Below, one piece after another: positions 53,180 through 64,000 of a DNA stretch of 64,000 nucleotides (positions within the stretch are counted from its first letter, which is position 1; each line of letters opens with the position of its first letter). The stretch is taken from contig OX597818.1 in NCBI GenBank assembly GCA_951406725.2, positions 57,536,001-57,600,000 on the forward strand, in the 5' to 3' direction. A model generated the notes under the pieces. That model searched no databases. It saw nothing but the letters and a program-made list of their open reading frames with translations, and was not told where the DNA came from. The stretch is from Octopus vulgaris. Its lineage: Eukaryota. The translations under genes were made by a program, and so were the position numbers.

Positions 53180-53411
53180 TGAAATATAAACCACGAGTTC
53201 AAATTATGCAAGACTGTATATTTTGTTTTGACGGAGACTCTTCTAATATGATAGAAATAATGCATTTATAATGAAGACGGTTGTGATATTTAAACTCTTC
53301 TTTTTAGTATTCAGAAACAAGGTATTTCCTCGAAAATATCCAAACGCTGTATTGACGAGATTGGTGACTGCCACGTGGGACATTTTTAGTGACCACGAAG
53401 TGATTTTCTTT

Positions 53412-53830
53412 TTCTTTATTGCCCACAAGGGGCTAAACATAGAGAGGACAAACAAGGACAAATTATTAAGTTGACTACATAGACCCCAGTGCATAACTGG
53501 TACTTACTTTATCGACCCCGAAAGGATGAAAGGCAAAGTCGACCTCGGCGAAATTTGAACTCAGAACGTAACGGCAGACGAAATGCCTATTTCTTTACTA
53601 CCCACAAGGGGCTAAACACAGAGAGGACAAACAAGGACAGACAAATGGATTAAGTCGATTACATCGACCCCAGTGCGTGAGTGGTACTTATTTAATCGAC
53701 CCCGAAAGGATGAAAAGCAAAGTCTACTTCGGCGGAATTTGAACTTAGAACGTAAATACAGACAGAATACCTATTTCTATACTACCCACAAGGGGCTAAA
53801 GACAGAGGGGACAAACAAGGACAGACAACG
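53412..53830 (-). mobile_element. Head-less tandem SINE family B array
   Basis: Three tails, two fixed junctions, no 5' head. Confidence 0.88.
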
Positions 53831-54379
53831 AGGCAAGATAAATATTACTTTATTTGTTTTTATAAGAAAAAAAAAACACGCCCTTCTTCACGATTCGTTT
53901 CTTAGAATTATGAGAGAATATCCAATTATAAATATACTCGCATATCTGATGAATTCTTAAATATAATATCATCATTATCTCATTGTCAGTTTTGCAGATC
54001 TAACATCGTCACGAGGGGAAAGTTCAATAGGTCATAATGATAGATCCAATTGCCCGGGGAAATATTAAATTACTTCTTCACATTGTATTATGTGTATAAT
54101 GTTAAGCATTATAAATATCTCTCGGGCCTTCTGGAGATATATTTATGGCTGAAATTTCAAATTGCAAGGAAACATAATAAACAAGAAAATCTAACTCATG
54201 AGAATATATCACATAAGACATTTATTAAATCGACAAAATTGAAATGATACAAATTCTGCTGAACTCAATAGGCAATATATATATATATAAAGGTAAAATT
54301 AATCAATTAACTAGTAATTAATAATGCGACCAAGTAGTATTCGGCATGTTAAAAAAACCGTTTATCGGTAAACTTAAAG

Positions 54380-54665
54380 AATATTTTATAATTATGAGTA
54401 TAATTATAATTAGGGTTCAACAAAATTTGCTTTACACACATACCGAACTTTAGAAATAGCAGCCAAACAACCTTAGTTATTACTTCTACTATAAGAAGTT
54501 CTCGGACAACAAAAGTATTTTGAGTATTTTTATTGTCCTGGAGTTTCTTCTTATAGTAGAAGAAATAAATAAGGTTCTTTGGCTGCTATTTCTAAATTTC
54601 GGTATGTGGTAAAGCAAATTTTTGCTGAACTCTAATTTTAATTATACTCATAATTATAAAATATT
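54380..54665. repeat. 286-bp imperfect palindrome
   Basis: aatattttataattatgagtataatt...tagaaatagcagccaaa...cttctactataagaag mirrored as reverse complement around ~54520. Confidence 0.9.
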
Positions 54666-54939
54666 GGGTGTATATATATATATGTATATACGCCAAATTT
54701 CTGTTCGGCTATAAACACTCTTTAATTGCGATTTGTGTAGATTAAATGCTGTTTCACAAATTCTATCTGCTGCTTTATATGACTTTAGACAAAATAGTTG
54801 TTTTCGCCACAATCGCTTTTCGCGTATTCATCTTACATTTGGCTACAGAAATCAGCTTTTACACGGCATTGACAACGGTTTTATTGTGGCAATATTTAAC
54901 GTCGTGGACATTTTAACATAGATATGTATTATAATTATA

Positions 54940-55342
54940 CTAGCAGTATTGCCCGGCGTTGCTCGGGTTTGTAAGGGAAATAACTATATAAGCATTTTTA
55001 GAGAGTTATAGCCAAAAAATAGAAAACAAAATGCATTAAAAATGGAAAACAAATTATGGTAATTTTTTTTTTAAATCGTTGACTCATCGTAGACATTTTT
55101 AGAGAGTTACTTCCCTTATATAATAGCGAAAAAAATGCATTAAAATGGGAAAAAAATGATGGTCAATTTTTTTTTTGAAATCGTAGACTCATCGTAGACG
55201 CACGCTAATACCCAGAAGGGCTCGTTATGAATCACGACTATAAGATACCCGGTTTTGGTTAAACTGCACCGCAAAATGTGGGAGTAGTTAGGAATCTAAA
55301 TCGAAGGAGACAGACACACAACCTTACTTTTATATATAAAGA
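54940..55342 (-). mobile_element. Non-autonomous Helitron
   Basis: Reverse complement of 16398-16793. Confidence 0.92.
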
Positions 55343-55830
55343 TTATTCTGGTTTATGTAACAAACATATTTGGCACAATGAAGTCCATTGTTTGCCGCTG
55401 ATAATGCAACATTTTGCTTTTAAAGATTTTGCTTTTAAAGATTTTGCTTAGATTCTGTGATGCAAGAATGTGAAATATCTATGCATTGTTTAAAAAGTTA
55501 AATACTGCAGTACTTAACGTTACAATGCACTTGATAGGCGCTGGAAACATTTTTGAACATAGATGTGAAAATTGTAAACTAAATATTATATAAATAACAC
55601 CAAGTTATGAGCTACGATTATTTTACAAATGTTTCCTATTTATTTGCATTGTATCCTTTCATGTGTTTGAGGCAATTCTTTCTCACCGTATTGTCTGCAA
55701 TGTGCATTATGTGAGGTGAGAAAAATGTGGTTCAAATTTAATTATTCAAACAATCAATATTTCTTAACGTTTCAGGACATTTACAAATAGTATAGGAGAG
55801 TTTTGCTCACCCATTCTATCGATATATATG

Positions 55831-56215
<385 letters not shown>

Positions 56216-56442
56216 TTCGAAGGTTGCGAAATTACATTTTAAATGATGTCCATGCACAACTATTCAAGAGTTATATTTATGATGATATATAATGGAAAAG
56301 ATTCTAAACAAAGAGATTATATTCCTTGGCAGACCGAATGACGCAAGTTCGCTGCAAAAAACGTATGCACAAAAGCGAAAGTGGTTAAAAGTCATTCACT
56401 TGTATAAACTTCATAATAATAAATACAGCCATGGATTCATAA

Positions 56443-56476
56443 ACACACACACATACACACACGCACACACACACAT

Positions 56477-56527
<51 letters not shown>

Positions 56528-56709
56528 TACGCACGCACAAATGCTTGCACATTCATTTATACATATATATACATATATACATAGATATATACATATATAG
56601 ATATAAACACGTATATATATACTTACATACATATATCCATATATATATTACATATATATATATACTTACATATATATATATATATATATATATAAATACA
56701 TACATATAA

Positions 56710-56779
<70 letters not shown>

Positions 56780-56785
56780 GTATGT
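56443..56785. repeat. CA/TA compound microsatellite
   Basis: Direct reading. Confidence 0.95.
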
Positions 56786-57468
56786 ATCGTCGAATAACCT
56801 TATTTGTAGTTTGTGAGACTCTATTTCAGGCGATAATGATATATATCGACAGATAAATCCAAAAAAATGAAGGAGAGATGTATCAACTGATATCAACTTA
56901 ATACAAAATACCCCTATATACCAGAAGCTCACGCATTTCGACAGCATTTCTCACACTTTTTATTTGTGCATTACCTGTTGTTAATGCATTTGTATCGGCT
57001 GTCACCAAAAGACGCTCTACAGGTATTGAATAATTCTAAGGTCATCATTTATTTCATATCCAAATTTTAATAGACTCTATATGTCTTGCTAACAACTAGC
57101 ACATGCAAGTGCTACCAGTCAAGGACTCCGCATTCCGGAAGTCAGCAAGGGTATGGGGTCATCAGGAGAAAATGCGTGGCGTTTCGAGGCCTACCTCTCG
57201 ATGGCATCAGTGCGCACCGGCCCCACTCACTGATATGAGGCGCCGTTTGCTAGATCAACTGGCTATCAAATAAAGGTCATTATTTATTTTATGAATAATT
57301 ACTGATTACTCTTCTGGGTCAGGGACTACTGATAATCTGAGGCAATAGATTAACAGGCGGCAAGTAATATCCCGTTTAGTATCTAGGCACATTATCTCTC
57401 AAAGTTTAAACCTTAATTCATCCACTCTTACGGTTTTTTACAGTGAAATTTATTTTGATTATCCCCAT

Positions 57469-57898
57469 AGGCGCAGGAGTGGCTGTATGGTAAGTAGCTT
57501 GCTAACCAACCACATGGTTCCGGGTTCAGTCCCACTGCGTGGCATCTTGGGCAAGTGTTTTCTGCTATAGCCCCGGGCCGACCAATGCCTTGTGAGTGGA
57601 TTTGGTAGACGGAAACTGAAAGAAACCTGTCGTATATATGCATATATATATATATATATATGTATATGTATGTGTGTGTGTTTGTGTGTGTGTGTTTGTC
57701 CCTCTAGCATTGCTTGACAACCGATGCTGGTGTGTTTACGTCCCCGTCACTTAGCGGTTCGGCAAAAGAGACCGATAGAATAAGTACTGGGCTTACAAAG
57801 AATAAGTCCCGGGGTCGATTTGCTCGACTAAAGGCGGTGCTCCAGCATGGCCGCAGTCAAATGACTGAAACAAGTAAAAGAGTAAAAGAGTAAGAGTA
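57469..57898 (+). mobile_element. SINE family A
   Basis: Full-length match. Confidence 0.94.
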
Positions 57899-58254
57899 TA
57901 ACAAAAACCTAAGTGGTGTTTCGTCCTTAAACGTGAAGGACATTTCACTAATCAGCTTCATCATATCTATTTATTTAGGAACAATCTCATCAGGTTAGTC
58001 GCTTTTAGTATTATGGTAAAGTGAGGTTGGCCAATGCCAACCTTAGTGGGAATAAAACTACATATATTCAAATTTCCTTTGAATGCTTGGATTAATAGAT
58101 TGTCACAGCAGGTTCAAGCTGATGGGACAGTCAGACGATGGTACACCCGTACAGACTGCGAATCCGAGTAAATTAATATCATCTTCCACCATAATATTTA
58201 TAAGCATGTACATATGTGACACGATATGAAATTGTATATTCTTTTATCCGCTTC

Positions 58255-58830
58255 TTCTTTTACTTGTTTCAGTCATTTAACTGCAGCCTTGCTGCAGCAC
58301 CACCTTCACAAGTTTTAGTTCAAGGAAATGATCCTAATTCGTATTCTTTGTAAGCCTAGTACTTATTCTATCATTTTCTTTCGCTAGTTAAGAGGCTGAC
58401 ACGGCGTACAGGCTCCAGCATCAGTTCGGTTGTCAGGCGAAGGTGAGGGGTACAAAGACCGGCACAAACGCACAAATACATACATACATATGAATCGTTG
58501 GCGATTTCCTTCCTCCGCCTTCCCTTCTATTGGGCTTTCCTCTGTTACCGAAGAAGAGTGTCTGCTCGAAACGTTAAGCTATCTGTCTTTCCTTCCTTCA
58601 CCGTTTGCTAATACTTTACATGTATCATGTAATCGCGTTGTTGTGTTTTTTGTGTTTGTTCTTCGTTTGTGCATTTACTATATATCCGATGGGCCTCTTT
58701 CAATTACGGTCTACCAAATCCACTCACAGGGGTTTAGTCGGTTCGAGGTTATAGTAGAAAGCACTTGCCCAAGGTGCCATGCAGTGGGACTGAACCTAGA
58801 ATCATGTGGTTGGAAAGCAAGCTGTTTACC
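58255..58830 (-). mobile_element. Old SINE family A with nested ~165-bp insert (58495-58660)
   Basis: Tail at 58255-58490, head at 58665-58830; insert carries CCGAAGAAGAG..CTCGAAACG hammerhead-like motif. Confidence 0.7.
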
Positions 58831-59898
58831 ATATAAAAATCATACATTTTTCTTAAGACATCACGTTATACTTTTATTCGTGTTTCTAAAGCTATATTAA
58901 TTGACACCAGTTAACTTCTCGAGTTTGAATGAAGCCATAATCTTCTGCTGTGCTTTTGTTACTCATAGACGGCGACTTAACTTTTAGTGTTGAATTAAAA
59001 AAGTTTTTTTTTTGCTTTAGAAATTTCATTGAACTACGATACACTATAAATATCTTTATTCCAAACCAATGAAATAGCAATTATTTATATTATCACTTAA
59101 AAGTCAAAGAAAATAAGTTCACTAATTTTTTTGATTTTCCAAATTGGAGTTTAAATAAATTTCGGACCTTGAAATTATGCATAAAAAATGTTGTTGGTGC
59201 CAAAGATAGGGTAGTGTTGATGATATTGCGTTCTATTAGGGTTGATGTTCTCTGTTATCGCAGTTGTGGCCTTGTTTCCTGTGTAAATGATAAAAATACA
59301 GATTGGAAAATGGCAATAAAGAAGAATATCAAAGAAAAAAAGTTAGGAAGTATATGGATGTATTCCACTGAATATATATAAACCTTCGAACAGACAGTCG
59401 AGAGTGATGCCTGCTGCGTTCGGCTACTCCACTTTGATAAGGGGAAAATACCCCAAAACTAGTCTGTGGGTGCTTGAACCAGCATGGGGAAGCTGATGAT
59501 CTCTCCTGTTCGAAGGTTGTAATGGACACAGGTTTGTGTGCCACGTTGCTGGCTAGAGGCGATGGCCTTCTGGAGCTAATCAGCGGCAGCATTCGTCCTG
59601 TTTTTCTGGACTGCCATGTTAGCTTTTCGATAACTATTAATACCTAATAATGCTGCCGTAGTCTCCTTTAGAGAGATTTAGATATAGTTATATTTCTATT
59701 TCAAAAATATTGCTGATGAACTTTGTGACTATGATTGGTAATGATATGGAAGGTATTACAAGGTGTCGGTTGATGTAATGATATATATACCCTTATAAAC
59801 ATAGTAATGCAAATTCTTCTTATACCTTATATATAACTCATCAGATAAGATTATCAATTAATAAAAGGAAGAAAGAGAAATAGAATGCCAGGCTATCT

Positions 59899-60128
59899 CT
59901 TTCTTTATTACCCACAAGGGGCTAAGCATAGAGGGAACAAAGAAGAATAGACAAACGGATTAAGTCGATTACATCGACACCAGTGAGTAACTGGTACTTA
60001 ATTTATCGACCCCGAAAGGATGAATGGCAAAGTCGACCTCGGCGGAATTTGAACTCAGAACGTAACGGCAGACGAAATACGGCTACGCATTTCGCCCGGC
60101 GTGCTAACGGTTCTGCCAGCTCGCCGCC
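59899..60128 (-). mobile_element. SINE family B
   Basis: Imperfect TSD atagaatgccaggctatc / atagaatgctaggttgtc. Confidence 0.92.
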
Positions 60129-60694
60129 TTATAGAATGCTAGGTTGTCTTCAACAAAGACTGACAGCATATTGCAAGTTGAATTCGTTATTATCATCTTC
60201 TCTGTCGAAATATTAGAAGATGAGAAATAAAAAAAGAAGAAAAACAAACGATTGCTCGCAAGTCCACAAAACTGCGAAAACTTGTTTTCCTCTTCAATTT
60301 TCTTAAGAATACAATTTCAAGTCTTGAATAAATAATTTTTCTTTTATAATGTAGATTGCAGCTGTTATCTTCGAGTAATTGTTGACGTTAAAGATATTAA
60401 AAAATATTGTTTTTTTCGATTTGTCAACTGGATTATGAATTTTCAGCTAAATCTATATGTACGGAACTTTAGAAATATAATGGAAGATAAAATATCGTGA
60501 TACTGTAAAGGAAATTGAAACCATATATTTGATACATTTATGAATACTAAACAAATCTAACCGGAATCACGAAAGACAAACTTTTATTTACATGAATTAA
60601 TCTTTTATTATAACATGTCTGCGATCGATCATATGATGAGGTAAAACAATATGGTTTCGGAATTAAGCAATAAGGTGTGTTTATCTTCTCTTTT

Positions 60695-60890
60695 ACCTAT
60701 TTTACTCATTGTTTGCAGACCAAGGGTACCGCTTTGACAGTTTTTAGTCGAACAATTAACCCCAGTACATACGTGTTTTCATAATTTTGATCATCAATTT
60801 ATCCGTCTCTTTTGCCAAAGCGCTATGTTACAGAGGCATAAAAAAAATGCCCCCAAAATATAGGTTATGAAGGGTGGGGGTTTCACCAAA
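60695..60890 (-). mobile_element. Highly degenerate SINE family A tail
   Basis: ttttagtcgaacaattaaccccagtac...gtctcttttgcc. Confidence 0.5.
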
Positions 60891-60898
60891 TGTACTCA

Positions 60899-61323
60899 CA
60901 AGCCTGGGATCTTTTCGGTTTGAACGGCAGTTTTTAAAAATAATTTCTAGGTAACTAAAAACTTTTAAACTTCGTATACTGGTAGAATGTGTTATAAAAC
61001 ATCTCTTTCTCTTGGCTTTATTGAGAAAATTCTATAGTATGTAAGATATTTGTTGGGTTTTTTTCTTCTTCAATTTCTGCAATTTCAACCAATCAATGAC
61101 GTCTATTTAGGTGAAAACATTCTGTGCCGTATGAATATGTCCCTCGTTTAAGAAACAGATTGGGTTTATTTACATTTCTGAAGAAAAAAAATATACCCTT
61201 TCCCCCACCCCTAACCTTAACGCTAAAACAGATTGAAATGCAATAGATCGATACTAGGGTCATAATTATGGATGACAATTTCATATGACACCGCTAGAAA
61301 ATGCCGAAAAGTCCCCAAGCCTG
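60899..61323. mobile_element. Non-autonomous TIR element
   Basis: Imperfect TIRs CAAGCCTGGGATCTTTTCGG / CCGAAAAGTCCCCAAGCCTG; internal ccccacccctaaccttaacgctaa motif. Confidence 0.65.
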
Positions 61324-61804
61324 TAATCGACCTAAGGTCATAGTAAAAAAAAACACCAAATGTGCTGCAAAGTGATCTTGAAACCAAATTGATGTGAAGC
61401 GACCTTCTTATACGCACAGCCATTTCTGTGATAACATAGCCTTGCCGCTATGCGCGGATAATTAAAATGGTTAGGCTTAATCCATAACTTAAAAGTTATT
61501 ATAAACTTTGACGTTATCATAATCGTTGCTTTTGTTGTTATTTTTATTAATATTAATAGTATTGCTATTAATATTTGTTAACGTTGTTTCAAAACAGACG
61601 TAAAAGATTTTAATGTACCTCCATTATAGCAACACGATGAATTACGAGCGTATACAATGAGAAGAAAAGGTATTTAAATAAATGCAGACTTTTAGACAAT
61701 TTCTTCTTTCAGATATTAATATAAATTTAATAATATATAACACTAGCGAGAATATATTTTAGTAATTTTCAGGTATTTATTCGTTTACCATGCAAGGTGA
61801 ATAT

Positions 61805-61933
<129 letters not shown>

Positions 61934-62034
61934 ATAATTTCATAGAGAATATATTTAACCTTGTGATGTCACAAATAAAAAATGTAATACATAGGCAGTC
62001 ACTACCGTGCAATCGCATATGCTACCGTACAAGT

Positions 62035-62089
62035 ACACACACACACACGCACACACACACACACACACATACATACGTACATACATACA

Positions 62090-62168
<79 letters not shown>
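62035..62168. repeat. CA/CATA/TA compound microsatellite
   Basis: Direct reading. Confidence 0.95.
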
Positions 62169-62171
<3 letters not shown>

Positions 62172-62559
62172 GGTCTTTGTCCCTCATCATTGCTGCTATG
62201 TCCTGTGTCTCACAGAGACCAGTGACTGCCCTTAGGGCATCAACATATATCAACCTCGGACTTCCTTATTACGTGTGCATATACATATATGTGTATGATA
62301 ACCCCTGTCTCCTCTCTACATATAAGAGTTACGTGTGTATATACACACACATATATATACATATATATTATATATATATATATATATGCATATTACGTGT
62401 GCATATACATATATGTGTATGATATGTATATGATAGACACTCAGCACTTTGCTTTTTAACGAGCGACCTGCACAAATGGGTGATAACATGTATGTGACAT
62501 ACATTAGCAGACTCCCTCCTTCAAATCGACGTTTTTCCGAACAGGCGCACGGTGTACCA

Positions 62560-62695
62560 CACCTCAGGTGTCGAAGTGACTGCAGAGTAACAGGAGATGA
62601 CGTGTTTTGCTCAAGAACACGATGCATTACCTGATCTAAGAACTGAAACCACCATGTCTTGATCGTGAGTGGAAGACCCTAACCAGTTGGCCATA
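62560..62695 (-). mobile_element. Degenerate CORE-like SINE head
   Basis: gtgttttgctcaagaacac...accctaacca matches 42150-42240. Confidence 0.6.
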
Positions 62696-62739
62696 CATAC
62701 ACGCGAAAGTGTATGTGTGTGTATGCCATTGTTAATGTA

Positions 62740-64000
62740 CGAGGGGCGTTCAATAAGTAATGCCTCTGACCCACTTGCAGTTGTTTGATCTAGCTGTGCA
62801 ATTATCTATATATCTATAGATTAAGTGGTAAATTACAGCTCTGAACTAATTGTGGTTTCTGATTTACAGGTGTTTGAACTGAGTCAAGTGTGAAATGAAG
62901 CCTGTTGAGTGTCGGGCAGTGATCTGCTTTTTATATTTGAAAGGACGCACACCACGGGAGACTTTTGATGAAATGAAAGTAACTTATGGTGATGATGCCC
63001 CATCATATGACCTTGTAAAACGCTGGCATTGTGAATTCAAACATGGTCGGAACTCTGTGGAAACAGCTCCCAGATCTGGTCACCCCTACTGCTATTGATG
63101 AGGCATCTGTCCATCAAGTTGAGACTGCCATTTTGGAAGATCGACGCATAATTATTCGCCAAATAGCCCATGAGGTCAAGATTAGTACCGGGTCTGTAGA
63201 AACCAATCATTCATGACCATTTGCATATGCAAAAGGTGTCTGCCAGATGGATTCCCAGGTTGCTCACACCGTTCCGGAAGCAAGAATGCGTCGAGTGCTC
63301 GAGGATGAATTTGGAGATGTGCCAAGAAGATGAGTCAACATTTTTCAAAAGACTGATTACACAGGATGAAACCTGGGTCCATCACTATGATCCAGAGACA
63401 AAAGCCCAGTCAATGCAGTGGAAGCACCGTGACTCACCTCCTCCAAAGAAGGCAAGGGTGCAGCCCTCCACTAGCAAGGTCATGCTCATAGTCTTCTGGG
63501 ACCAGGACGGAGTAGTGATGACAGATTTCCTGGCAAAGGGTACCACAATTACAGGAGCCTATTATGCTTCACTTTTGATGAAATTAAGAGAAGCTATCAA
63601 AATCAAGAGGCGGGGCAAGATCAGCAAAGGCACCCTCCTCCTGCAGTACAACGCTCCGGTCCACAACTCGATGGTCGCCAGATCAGAAGCACAGGTGTGC
63701 GGCTATGAACTCCTCCCCCATGCCCCTACTCTCTTGACCTTGCACCCTCTGATTTTCACCTCTTCCCAGCCATGAAGTTGTTTTTGAAAGGAAAGCATTT
63801 CCCAGATGATGCAGCCTTGATTTCTGACGTCACGTCGTGGTTGGAGGACTAAGCTGGGGTCTTCTACAAAATCGGTCTCCAGAGCTGCATCAAACGATCG
63901 TAGAAATGCGTAACTCTGAGTGGTTTCTATGTAGAAAAAGACTAATAACTGTGCCAAGTTTCGTTGCTCTACTGCTATGGGAAGTGGGTCAGGGGCATTA
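62740..64000 (+). mobile_element. Near full-length mariner transposon; right TIR runs off the window
   Basis: TA at 62738-62739; left TIR CGAGGGGCGTTCAATAAGTAATGCCTCTGACCCACTT; window ends with aagtgggtcaggggcatta, its reverse complement. Confidence 0.93.
62895..63945 (+). pseudogene. Mariner (DD34D) transposase pseudogene
   Basis: HTH region RAVICFL, WIPRLL, ITQDETWVHHYDPE, QYNA (DNA motif mutated), YSLDLAPSDF after a frameshift; several frameshifts and stops. Confidence 0.93.

Overview
AT-rich, repeat-dominated eukaryotic DNA with no host protein-coding exon that I can support; it looks intronic or intergenic. The tRNA-headed SINE families and very long (TA)n/(AAT)n tracts resemble octopus (coleoid cephalopod) DNA, which is an inference. 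The window holds about 45 SINE copies or arrays from three families, four non-autonomous Helitrons and several Tc1/mariner and piggyBac-type MITEs. It also holds a near full-length dead mariner (62740 to the window end), decayed CR1-like, L1/Tx1-like, R4/Dong-like and Penelope-like retroelements, and many micro/minisatellites. Most ORFs in the supplied track are translations of microsatellites or SINEs. The main hidden signal is at least five minimal type I hammerhead-ribozyme motifs, plus degenerate ones, in short unrelated modules next to (TA)n tracts; one lies downstream of a Penelope GIY-YIG endonuclease. Other findings include fixed-junction tandem SINE arrays with target microhomology, a complete 2x2 body/tail shuffling of SINE modules, and candidate partner LINE tails. 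There is also a SINE-bounded inverted duplication, a pre-miRNA-like hairpin (41744-41872) and a 286-bp palindrome (54380-54665). All calls were made by eye, and boundaries of decayed elements are approximate.
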